DNA of 64,000 nucleotides from an uncultured delta proteobacterium (GCA_963804955.1 CAWDSQ010000030.1:96001-160000); one strand, 5' to 3'; positions 41,693-50,982 are shown, numbered from the stretch's first letter. Program-made: numbers and translations. The notes: a model not told the origin generated them from the letters alone.

Positions 41693-43597
41693 TCAGGCGG
41701 CGGCTTTTTTCTGCGAAAACAGCGATACGACAATAAGCGTTATATAGCCCAGGGGTATTGAAATGATGCCCGGGTTGTCAAGCGGTATCGGCGCTGAGGC
41801 TTTGGGCAGGCCGTACAGATCAACATAGGTGCTGGGCGACAGCAGAATGATCCCGAGCGCCGTGACCATGCCGACCACGATGGATGCCGCGATGCCCTTG
41901 GAGGTCGTCTTTTTCCAGAACAGCAGCATGGTGATGGCCGGCAGGTTTGCCGAGGCGGCAACCGCAAAGGCAAGGCCGACCAGAAATGAAACGTTCATGC
42001 CTTTGCATAAAATGCCCAGAATAATGGCGATGACGCCAACGACAACAGCGGCGATTTTGCCTGCCTTCACCTGCCCCTTGTCCGTCATCTCTATGCCAAG
42101 AAATCCAGTCATCAGATCATGGGCCACCGCGCCGGAGGCGGCAACGATGAGCCTGAAACCGTTCCCAGAACCGTTGCAAAAGCAATGGCGCAGATGCAGG
42201 AGAAGATGGTGATGCCGAAGTATTTCGCCAGCAGCGGCGCCGACATATTGCTGCTTTCCATGTCAAGAACACCCGTCATCATGGCGCCAAGGCCCATGAA
42301 CAGGGTCAGAACATAGAAAAAGCCGATTGAGCCGATGGCCACGATGGTTGACTTGCGGGCATCCTTGGGGCTCGAGACCGTGTAGTAGCGGATGAGAATA
42401 TGGGGCAGGGCCGAGGTGCCGAAGAACAGGGCGATCATGAGCGAAATGAAATTCAGGCGCGACATGAAGTCAGCTCCCTCGTCGACCTTGAACTTCAGGC
42501 CCGGCCGCATGATGTCTGGAGCCTGCCGTGGGGTTCTGCCGCCAGATGGTGACCTTGTCGCCGCCGTCCTTGACAACTGCTTTGGCAAAGCGGACCACTT
42601 CGGACCGCTCGATGGTGGCCAAAAATTCAAAGGGCCCGAGAGCGCCGGTTTTCTGGACCTCTTTGCCGTCGACGATGATTTTGCTGGCATGGCCGACCTG
42701 GTAGAACTTCCTGGCATCCTTGGGCTCGCCGTTATACAGGGTTTTGCCGTCGGCGGTTTTTGTCATGGAAAGGGCTTCCTTGAGTACCGGTCCGCCGTCT
42801 TTGGCGCTCACATGCCACCAGGTGGCAATGCCGTTCTGTGTGAGTTTTGCAAAGAGGGCTTTGCCGTCCTTGAAGGTGCCGGCGACGGTATATGCCGGGT
42901 CTGCAACCGCGGTAACGGCGTCATTTGCCACAGTGGCGTTTATGGTTTTAAACTTGTGATAGTTTGCATCCGGGGGGGTGTTAATGCCGTTGACGAAAAT
43001 ACTGATGGTGAGAATGGTTGAAAAAACAATCAGCAGGCCGCCCTTGATGAACTGCACATAGGTGGTTGATGTCATGCCCGCGGTTGCAACTATAAAGATA
43101 ACGATGGCGCCGACAAGGATAACCCCCATGTAGTGGGGAAGCCCCAGCAGCGGGGTTACCAGGTCGCCTGCGCCGACCATCTGGGGAATCAGGTAGCATA
43201 CGGAAACAACCAGCGTGCTGATGGCTGCCGTGAGCATGATTCCCCTGGACCCGAACTTGTAGTTGAGCGCATCGGTGAAGGTGTATTTGCCGAAGCGCTT
43301 AAGCGGTTCGGCCACAACAAACAGGGCAACGACCCAGCCGGCAAGGTAGCCGATTGAATACAGAAAGCCGTCATAGCCGTCAAAGGCGATCATGCCGCAG
43401 ATGCCGAGAAATGACGCGGCTGAAAGATAGTCGCCGGCAAAGGCTATGCCGTTAACGCCCCAGTGAATATTGCCGCCGGCGGCATAATAGCCCTTGGAGG
43501 ACTGTGTTTTTTTTGCAAAGTATGAAGAAAGCCCGAGCACGCCGAGTACAAAAGCTATAAATATGCCAATTGCAAATGGTGATGCTGCATAAATCAT
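41693..43597 (-). CDS. actP: Cation/acetate symporter ActP (SSS family), frameshifted
   Basis: NGIAFAGDYLSAASFLG, AEPLKRFGKYT, YLIPQMVGAG, GTSALPHILIRYYTV, AFATVLGTV and AFAVAASANLP; downstream of DUF485. Confidence 0.88.
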
Positions 43598-43612
43598 TGT
43601 TCGTCTCCCCTT

Positions 43613-43882
43613 TTATTTGTTTAATTCATATTCTTTTTTGGTGCACATGTGGTTGTAGATAACACCCATTATGATGGCTAAAAGAATCAGGCCGAAACCG
43701 TACACGCAGGCAAGATTCAGCCCCGCCATGACGATAATGCCCATGGTTTTGGGGCTCATTACATTGATGACGATAAAGCCGGCATAAACCAGCACATAAA
43801 ATATAAATAAATATATCCCGAGCCGCGCCTTATACTCGGAAGCCCTGTCCTCACCCCATTGTGTTGCTGGTCCATGTCCCAT
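43613..43882 (-). CDS. DUF485 (YjcH-like) small membrane partner of ActP
   Basis: 89 aa with two TM segments, immediately upstream of actP, which is the canonical arrangement. Confidence 0.8.
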   Translation of the reverse strand: MGHGPATQWGEDRASEYKARLGIYLFIFYVLVYAGFIVINVMSPKTMGIIVMAGLNLACVYGFGLILLAIIMGVIYNHMCTKKEYELNK

Positions 43883-43907
43883 TTTTTTTCTCCTTGTTAA
43901 GTGAATA

Positions 43908-44021
43908 GGTAAAGAAAATGAACAAACTGACTGTCTCTATATTTCACAATTTAAACACTGTCAAGTGGAAAAATGAAAATACGTAAAAAAAATATACATA
44001 CACATGTTCTCTTTGTGAACA
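43908..44021 (-). promoter_or_regulatory. Sigma-70 promoter of DUF485-actP overlapped and flanked by TGT-N11-ACA-like boxes
   Basis: Minus-strand TTGACA (43964-43959)-N17-TATAGA (43941-43936). Boxes at 43908-43924, 43941-43957, 43982-43998 and 44005-44021 (the last is a perfect match). Confidence 0.55.
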
Positions 44022-44303
44022 AAATTCTAAAAAAATATTTGCCGGACTGCCGTTACTTTTAGTATGCCGTAGGGGGATATGCTGTTTAAGGGGCACCGTT
44101 TATGCCGAAAGACGGTTTTTAAATAGTATTTAAGTTATTTAAGATTTTTAGTTGATGTGTTTCAATGGCGGGAGCGGATAAGAAGGCTGGAGAAACTAAT
44201 CGGTTTTTGTGTATACTTATTGATCAAATCTTGGATTATTGTGTTCACAATGTATGCATTGATGTTTTAGGGACATTTTTTACCTTAGGCCTCGTTTTTC
44301 TGT

Positions 44304-44620
44304 ACATCTCGAGCCCTTCAGCACTTCGCTCAGGGCAGGCTTCCGGGAGCAGATCTTTGTTTTTGGAGTAGATTGATGCGCGCGGCGAACCTTCAGACTC
44401 AGTTGCTCTCACCTCCCCTTAATCCCTCCCATCAAAGGCTGTGTCATAATTAAAATAAATGTCATTCTGAGGAGCCGCAGGCGACGAAGAATCTCGTTGC
44501 TTGATGATTATATGAGAAAGGGCGAATGGCCATTCGCCCCTACGCAACGCCAGAGATCCTTCGTTTCACTCAGGATGACCGCACTATTTAATTGCTACAC
44601 AGTCTCTTGCGGGGGGAGGT
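44304..44620. repeat. Cluster of nested REP-like elements
   Basis: CTTCGCTCAGGGCAGGCT module; TGTCATTCTGAG...CTCAGGATGAC pair enclosing a GTAG-type REP (GGGCGAATGGCCATTCGCCCCTAC). Confidence 0.6.
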
Positions 44621-44718
44621 GGGGCTCCAGGCGGCTTGCGGTGTATCGGGTGTTGCCAAAACCCTTGCCCGGCTGCGCTGCGCGTGGTAGTATACCTGTT
44701 TTACCGGAGCAGCTATAC

Positions 44719-46356
44719 ATGATTCATATTACCAATATCAGCAAGCAGCATGGCTCGCAGATTCTTTTCAAGAACGCGAGCCTTCAGATTCTGCCCGGCA
44801 CGCGCACGGGCCTGGTGGGGCCCAATGGCGCCGGCAAGACCACGGTTTTTCGCCTCATTACCGGCCAGGAAGAGGCTGACTCGGGCGATATATCAGGTCC
44901 CGAAGCGCACGAAAATCGGCTATTTCTCCCAGGATGTGGGCGATATGGCAGGCCGGTCCGCCCTTGGCGAGGTCATGTCGGCCGTAGGGGATGTGATGAG
45001 CCTGGGGGAGGAGATACGCGCGGATGGAGCAGGCCATGGCCCTGCCCATGGCTGATGAGGAGATGGCAGAGCTTCTGGAGCGCTACGGCAATGCCGTGGA
45101 GCAGTTCGAGCACAGCGGCGGCTATGATCTTGAGTCGCGCGCCCAGACCGTGCTCACCGGCCTTGGCATCGGCCCGGATGATTATGACCGGCCCGTTGAA
45201 TCGTTCAGCGGCGGCTGGAAAATGCGCATCGAGCTGGCGAAAATACTCACCATCAACCCCGATGTGCTGCTGCTTGACGAGCCCACCAACCATCTTGACA
45301 TGGAGTCGATCAGTCTGGCTTGAAGACTGGATTGTCACGCAGTTCAAGGGCGCGCTGCTCATGACCTGCCATGATCACGATTTCATGAACCGCATCGTGT
45401 CGCGCATTATCGAGGTTGCCAACCAGAGCCTCACCACGTATTCGGGCAATTACGACTTTTACCTGCGCGAGCGCGAGATACGGCGCGAGCAGCTGCTGGC
45501 CAGCTACCGCCGGCAGCAGGAAATGCTTGCCAAGGAAGAGGACTTCATCGCGCGCTTTGCCGCCCGGGCCTCCCATGCCTCGCAGGTGCAGTCGCGGGTG
45601 AAGAAAATAGATAAGATCGAGCGCATCGAGCTGCCGCCCGAGCAGCGCGTCGTATCATTCGAGTTTGCCGAGCCGCCGCGCTCGGGCGATGATGTGGCCC
45701 GCATCGTGAATCTCGGCAAGGTGTGGCAGCATGACGACGGCACGGAGAAATCGGTCTTCGGCGGCGTGTCGGGCATCATCCGGCGGCAGGACAAGATCGC
45801 CGTGGTGGGCGTCAACGGCGCGGGCAAGTCGACCTTTCTGAAAGTGCTGGCCGGCCAGACCGAGCCGACAACCGGCAGCCTCACCATCGGCGCAAACGTC
45901 ATCCCCGGCTATTTCAGCCAGCATGCCATGGATCTGCTCGATCCCGACAAAACCGTGTATGAGACTGTGCAGGATGCCATCCCCATGGCAAATATCGGCG
46001 TGGTCAGAAATCTCTGCGCAGCCTTTCTGTTTCAGGGCGATGCTGTTGAGAAGCGCATAAAGCTGCTGTCGGGCGGCGAGAAGAGCAGGGTGCTGCTGGC
46101 AACGCTGCTTGCCCGGCCCTTAAATCTGCTGATTCTGGATGAGCCCACCAATCATCTTGATTTTCAGTCGCGCCAGATACTGCTGCAGGCGCTTGCCAAA
46201 TTCACCGGCACCGTGGTGCTGGTGAGCCACGACCGGTATTTCCTTCGCTCCCTCGTGGGCCGCGTGTTTGAAATCGACCACGGCGAGATGATCATCTACG
46301 AAGGCAGCTACGAATACTATGTCAGCAAAACCCAGCGCAATGTCCAGGCCGCCTGA
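44719..46356 (+). CDS. ABC-F family ATPase (compensating frameshifts at about 44900-45320)
   Basis: GPNGAGKT, FSGGWKMR, LLLDEPTNHLD, GVNGAGKST, LSGGEK, LDEPTNHLD and VSHDRYF; no TM domains. Confidence 0.9.
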   Translation: MIHITNISKQHGSQILFKNASLQILPGTRTGLVGPNGAGKTTVFRLITGQEEADSGDISGPEAHENRLFLPGCGRYGRPVRPWRGHVGRRGCDEPGGGDTRGWSRPWPCPWLMRRWQSFWSATAMPWSSSSTAAAMILSRAPRPCSPALASARMIMTGPLNRSAAAGKCASSWRKYSPSTPMCCCLTSPPTILTWSRSVWLEDWIVTQFKGALLMTCHDHDFMNRIVSRIIEVANQSLTTYSGNYDFYLREREIRREQLLASYRRQQEMLAKEEDFIARFAARASHASQVQSRVKKIDKIERIELPPEQRVVSFEFAEPPRSGDDVARIVNLGKVWQHDDGTEKSVFGGVSGIIRRQDKIAVVGVNGAGKSTFLKVLAGQTEPTTGSLTIGANVIPGYFSQHAMDLLDPDKTVYETVQDAIPMANIGVVRNLCAAFLFQGDAVEKRIKLLSGGEKSRVLLATLLARPLNLLILDEPTNHLDFQSRQILLQALAKFTGTVVLVSHDRYFLRSLVGRVFEIDHGEMIIYEGSYEYYVSKTQRNVQAA

Positions 46357-46363
46357 GGTTTTT

Positions 46364-46506
46364 CACCGCCCGCTTCGCTCGAGACGCAGAGAACACAGAG
46401 AAAAAAATTTTGTTCTTTCAAAGGCAGAAGCCTTTTATTTTTCGCTTTTCTCAGCGAAAAACAAAAAAGAACGTTTTTCTCTGCGCCCTCAGCGACTCTG
46501 CGGTGC
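46364..46506. repeat. REP-like inverted repeat
   Basis: CACCG...GACGCAGAGAACACAGAG ... CTCTGCGCCCTCAGCGACTCTGCGGTG, followed by heptamer-like tracts at 46520-46595. Confidence 0.5.
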
Positions 46507-46847
46507 ATCGTTTTTCGCTTTTCCTACAGCCTAACAGGCTATAGCCTATCAGCCTTCCTTCTCCCCTCCCGCCTACAGTCTAATAGCCTATAACCTTAAT
46601 TTAACCATTGACACATAGAATTATTTTTAATATGTCTATTTAATATTAAATATCCTTCGCTTCTTTAAACTTACAGCAGGCTAAAAAAAAGCGGATTACT
46701 ATTTTTTGCTTTAACGTTTATACGAAAGGCGCAACATTTTTATGTAAGCAGGCGGCTATTTTCTATCAGCTTGCCACTATACCGGCTTTATTGATTGAAT
46801 CTGCATAAAACTGATCGGTACGTATAAAAACTAGGTGAGGCGGGTAC

Positions 46848-47213
46848 ATGAAGAAGGATGCCAGGAAATCAACACGCATATCGACCAATCTGAAGCTTAT
46901 ATCCCGTAATTCCGGCAATTGCATAGATTCTCACCTAATGAATATGAGCAGTGGGGGTGCTTTTATTCAAACCAGTCACCTCCTGCCAATCGATGCTGAA
47001 TTTTCTTTAAATCTTCAACTGCCCGGCGATCCTGAAATTATGGCCATTGACGGACGTGTCGTCTGGACGAAGTCTGTTTCCAACTCTTCTCCTGCCGGCA
47101 TGGGCATACAGTTCACGAATATTCAGCCCCATCATGAAAAGAAACTGGCTGCTTTTGTTGAGCAGAATCGTAATCCGGACAGCAGCGCTGAGCCGGTCAA
47201 ATTATATTTGTAA
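46848..47213 (+). CDS. Stand-alone PilZ-domain protein (c-di-GMP receptor)
   Basis: RKSTR (RxxxR) and NMSSGG (NxSxxG) motifs; GRVVW...GMGIQF. Confidence 0.88.
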   Translation: MKKDARKSTRISTNLKLISRNSGNCIDSHLMNMSSGGAFIQTSHLLPIDAEFSLNLQLPGDPEIMAIDGRVVWTKSVSNSSPAGMGIQFTNIQPHHEKKLAAFVEQNRNPDSSAEPVKLYL

Positions 47214-47242
47214 GAAGAAGGCCGGAGACTAAACGGGGGGCA

Positions 47243-47478
47243 GGGGGATTCGAAACAACCGGTTCCGGTTGAACAGGTTAAGAATAAAATGTGCCTCATC
47301 CGCGGACATAAGGTCATGCTCGACAAGAGATCCTGCACTTCTCTCCGCTGTAGATACAAAAGTCCTAAAACAGGCGGTTAAACGAAACAGCAGCCGCTTC
47401 CCTCAAGATTTCATGTTTCAGCTAACCCGGAAAGAAAAAAATGAGCTGGTCACAAACTGTGACCGGTTCAGAATTTAG
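47243..47478 (+). pseudogene. Truncated ORF6N-domain DNA-binding protein remnant 1
   Basis: [22 protein letters not shown] / [25 protein letters not shown]...NCDRF*; no clear start, C-terminal half missing. Confidence 0.7.
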
Positions 47479-47596
47479 TTTTTTTTATTCTGACTACTGA
47501 ATTCTGGCTTCTGTTATTTTACGGCCAAAGTTGGTAGGGTGTGCATTGCGCACCGGATTGCTGACTTCTGAATTTCTTTTATCTCCTCGCCCTCGA

Positions 47597-47781
47597 GGCT
47601 GTGTTGCAAGTAACTTTGCTGTCATCTCGACCCCTTCGGCTTCGCTCAGGGCAGGCTCCGGGAGAGATCTTTGTAGCAAGTAAAATCAAGGGCCTAAGAT
47701 TGATGCGCGGTGGCGCAACCTGCGGACTCACCGCCTGCGGCGGACCCGAAATGACATTAATAAATCAATTGCGACACAGCC
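47597..47781. repeat. Nested REP-like element, homologous to 31050-31167
   Basis: GGCTGTGTTGCAA / TTGCGACACAGCC ends; shared core GAGAGATCTTTGTA..AAGTAAAATCAAGGGC.TAAGATT. Confidence 0.7.
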
Positions 47782-47850
47782 TCTATGCGGGTGGTTGTTG
47801 ACTTTCAATTTTCATCGAAGGCGACCTCTTTCTTCACTTGAAAAATTTCA

Positions 47851-47879
47851 TTGACAATGGTTAACCTTTAGGTTAATTA
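47851..47879 (+). promoter_or_regulatory. Toxin-antitoxin promoter with palindromic operator
   Basis: TTGACA at 47851-47856; TTAACC-TTTA-GGTTAA at 47861-47876 in the spacer. Confidence 0.6.
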
Positions 47880-47881
47880 AA

Positions 47882-48268
47882 ATGATAGACAGAGAATTGA
47901 TCGATAGTGGCGAGCGATTTGCTTTATATGCAGTCGTTGAAAATCGGAAGTGCCATGTCAAAAAGTTCATTTCCGAACTCGCAGATAAAGACAAAAAAAA
48001 GATCGTACGGCTTTTCCAATACACGGTAGAAAATGGTCCTCTGCGCAATGAAGAGAAATTCAAGAAACTTGAAACACGCGAATCAGTAACGCTATTCGAA
48101 TTCAAGGCCGGACAGGTGCGCATTCTGTGCTCCTTTGATGGGCGGTCTATTATCGTTCTTACTCACGGATTTATAAAGCAGCAGCAGAAAACACCCCACA
48201 CCGAGATAGACAGAGCATTCAGGCTTCTACAGCTCTACAATAAAAGGTTTCACAATGAAAACACGTGA
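47882..48268 (+). CDS. RelE/ParE-superfamily (Gp49-like) toxin
   Basis: LFEFKAGQVRILC...IVLTHGFIKQQQKTP..EI.RA; overlaps the downstream HTH gene. Confidence 0.82.
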   Translation: MIDRELIDSGERFALYAVVENRKCHVKKFISELADKDKKKIVRLFQYTVENGPLRNEEKFKKLETRESVTLFEFKAGQVRILCSFDGRSIIVLTHGFIKQQQKTPHTEIDRAFRLLQLYNKRFHNENT

Positions 48269-48617
48269 TCGCGCCGACTGGTATAAAACGCTTCTTGATA
48301 CATACAAAAACGACCCCGAGTACATCGCCGAGGGGAAAATTCTTGATATCACCGAAAAAATCGTGGCCCGCATGGAAGAGCTGTGCATCAACCGTGCAGA
48401 GCTTGCCGCACGGCTCAATGTTTCTAAGGCATACATAACTAAACTGCTGCGCGGCGATGTCAATTTTACGCTGAAATCGCTGATCACCCTGGCCGCCGCC
48501 CTGGAGGCTGATATCGCCATTGATTTTATATCCCTTGGCGGTAGCCGGCGCATGCAAAAACACTCCGGCATGCATGCCGCCGAGAAAGTTGCGCCGTATC
48601 GGGCCCGGCGGTCATAA
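48255..48617 (+). CDS. XRE/HTH antitoxin
   Basis: INRAELAARLNVSKAYITKLLRGDVNFTLKSL. Confidence 0.82.
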   Translation: MKTRDRADWYKTLLDTYKNDPEYIAEGKILDITEKIVARMEELCINRAELAARLNVSKAYITKLLRGDVNFTLKSLITLAAALEADIAIDFISLGGSRRMQKHSGMHAAEKVAPYRARRS

Positions 48618-48806
48618 TGGCCCCGATTAATCACGGCTTCCATCTACCGGTTTCTGATCTTTCTCCCTCTCCGCCATTTTTGTATGGGGGAGAGGGTCGG
48701 GGTAGGTGGCTGGATGTTTTTGTACTCCACGGCTCCAACTGCTGCAATGAAAGCTTTTTTTTCTGACCTCAGTTCCTTGGCCTCTGTCCTTTGCTCTTCG
48801 CTCTCT

Positions 48807-49240
48807 GAACTCCAAACTCCAAGGCTGGCTTCTGCCTACCGACTACTGTTTTTCCGTTCGCCTTTTGTCCGCTCCCGCGGTTTTGGATCTTGAATCCAGA
48901 ATTTTGAATCTTGAATCATTACCCCAGAACTCCCAACTCCGAACTCCGAACTCCAAACTCCAAGGCTGGCTTCTGAATACCGACTACTGTTTTTCCGTTC
49001 GCCTTCTGTCCGCTCCGCAGTTTTGGATCTTGAATCCAGAATTTTGAATCTTGAATCATTACCCCAGAACTCCCAACTCCGAACTCCGAACTCCGAACTC
49101 ACGACCCCGAACTCCAAACTCCAAGGCTGGCTTCTGAATACCGACTACTGTTTTTCCGTTCGCCTTCTGTCCGCTCCGCGGTTTTGGATCTTGAATCCAG
49201 AATTTTGAATCTTGAATTATTACCCCAGAACTCCGAACTC
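48807..49240. repeat. Three tandem non-coding units (periods 141 and 161 bp) separated by variable GAACTCC heptamer tracts
   Basis: AAGGCTGGCTTCTG starts at 48821, 48962 and 49123; the unit cores are near-identical. Confidence 0.9.
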
Positions 49241-49447
49241 ATGACTCTAAACTGTAGAGCGCGAGCATCGCGCTCTTACTGGCTTCTGAATTATTTTTTA
49301 TATAATTATTATTTTATTTGACATAGAAATCATTTTTTAATAGGTTTATAAAAATTAAGCTTCTTTTTGCCTTTAAAAACACCAGCACGCAAAAAGAATG
49401 TAGCAGCAAAGTTTCGGAAGTCATTGCATTAAAAAGGGGCGGGGATC

Positions 49448-49682
49448 ATGGGGGCATTCAAAGCAGCCTGTTCCGGTTGAACTTATCGTAAATAAAATTT
49501 ACCTCATCCGCGGGCACAAGGTCATGCTCGATAAGGATCTGTCTGAACTGTATGGTGTTTCGACCAGCGTCCTGAACAAAGCGGTCAGTCGTAACCTGGA
49601 CCGCTTCCCCTCAGATTTTATGTTGCAGCTCACCAGAGAAGAATTCTCAAACTTGAAGTGCCATTTTGGAACATCAAGTTGA
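49448..49682 (+). pseudogene. Truncated ORF6N-domain protein remnant 2
   Basis: [71 protein letters not shown]; ends at the left IR of the RAYT element. Confidence 0.75.
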
Positions 49683-49687
49683 GAGAA

Positions 49688-50484
49688 AAAGGGGACGGTT
49701 CTATTTTATTGACGGCGAGGGTCGGTTTTGCTAGTATAGATAGGAATGTGAAAGTTTAAGTAAGGGTAGGGTATGCCGCGAGCAGCACGAATAGCGCCGA
49801 AAGAATATATCTATCATGTCATGACCCGGGGCAATAACCGGCAGGCAGTGTTCGAGGATGATGACGACTATACCCGGTACCTTGAAATTATGCAGCAGTA
49901 CCGGCAGAAATACACATTCAAGCTGTACCACTATGTGCTCATGAGTAACCATGTTCACCTGGTGCTGCAGCCATCGGAGCGTGGCGGAGCCCTTTCAGAA
50001 ATAATGAAGGGCATCAATCTCACGTATGCCTATCACTATAAAAAGAAGTATAAGCATACAGGGCATTTCTGGCAGGACAGGTATAAAAGCATCATCGTAT
50101 CACGGGATGAATATCTGGTGGCCTGCGGTGCCTATGTTGAACTGAATCCGGTGCGGGCACGCATGGTAAAAGACCCGAAAGAGTACCGCTGGAGCAGTTA
50201 TACCCGGTATGCTTATGGGAAAGAGAACGCGCTGCTTGATAGGCAGCTTTCGTACCTGCAGTTGGGGCAAAAGACAGCAGAGTGTCAGCAGAAGTACCGG
50301 CAGTTTGTGAAGGATCTGTTAAAAGAGAAGAAGGCGATGAAGGGGGAGATGGACCGGAGGCTTGCCTACGGTAACAGTGATTTTATTGTAATGCTGTCAA
50401 CGAAGCATACAATCAGCGGTGAGCTTCGAGCAAGAGGGCGCCCCAAAAAGCAGGTGGAAGATAATATATAGAACCGTCCCCTTT
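49688..50484. mobile_element. RAYT cassette bounded by 17-bp perfect inverted repeats
   Basis: AAAGGGGACGGTTCTAT (49688-49704) and ATAGAACCGTCCCCTTT (50468-50484); the right end is partly duplicated to 50501. Confidence 0.7.
49773..50471 (+). CDS. REP-associated tyrosine (Y1 HUH) transposase, RAYT/TnpA
   Basis: MPRAAR..YHVMTRGNNRQAVF, YVLMSNHVHL (HUH), FWQDRYKS, YVELNPVRA, YRWSSY and RGRP. Confidence 0.92.
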   Translation: MPRAARIAPKEYIYHVMTRGNNRQAVFEDDDDYTRYLEIMQQYRQKYTFKLYHYVLMSNHVHLVLQPSERGGALSEIMKGINLTYAYHYKKKYKHTGHFWQDRYKSIIVSRDEYLVACGAYVELNPVRARMVKDPKEYRWSSYTRYAYGKENALLDRQLSYLQLGQKTAECQQKYRQFVKDLLKEKKAMKGEMDRRLAYGNSDFIVMLSTKHTISGELRARGRPKKQVEDNI

Positions 50485-50499
50485 AAACCGTCCCCTTTA

Positions 50500-50526
50500 A
50501 ATATTGAGTTAACCCAGTACCATTAA
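50500..50526 (+). pseudogene. Possible 3' remnant of a higB toxin
   Basis: Reads NIELTQYH*, resembling the HigB C-terminal xVEIVDYH*, 11 bp before higA. Confidence 0.45.
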
Positions 50527-50537
50527 CGAGGTGCACC

Positions 50538-50855
50538 ATGTTACCAAAACACAGGCGGCCAACCCCTCCGGGGGAAATATTGAAATATGAGTTCCTGGAG
50601 CCGCTGGGCATGACCCAGCTGCAGCTTGCCACGGCTATCGGCATTACCAGAGTACGGGTAAACGAGATTGTGCTTGGAAAGAGATCAATTACTACCGATA
50701 CCGCCTTTCGCCTTGCGCAGTATTTTAATACAACTCCGGATTTCTGGCTGGGGCTTCAAATGGATGTGGATATGTGGGATACCCTTCAGCGCAATGCGGG
50801 CGAATATAAAAAAATTCCGCAGGTTAAAAAACAAGCCGCTTCTGCAGCCTGCTGA
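50538..50855 (+). CDS. higA: HigA-family antitoxin (orphan)
   Basis: PTPPGEILKYEFLEPLGMTQ..LA...RVNEIV.GKRSIT.DTA.RLA.YF.TTPDFWLGLQ. Confidence 0.9.
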   Translation: MLPKHRRPTPPGEILKYEFLEPLGMTQLQLATAIGITRVRVNEIVLGKRSITTDTAFRLAQYFNTTPDFWLGLQMDVDMWDTLQRNAGEYKKIPQVKKQAASAAC

Positions 50856-50982
50856 AATACTTTTGGAGAATTCAAGCTGCACGTGGACGAATGAGGGGTA
50901 CTAAAGGACGTTGTTGACAAAGTACACAAATTAAGAAGCATAAAGAGTTATCGGTGCCCACGGCGCATCATACGATCTAAAT

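Noticed and set aside
48807..49240. CRISPR array
   Set aside because: Units exceed 100 bp, the linkers are heptamer tracts rather than unique spacers, and there are no cas genes.
47243..50855. Prophage
   Set aside because: Only ORF6N remnants and TA genes are present; no integrase, structural or replication genes.
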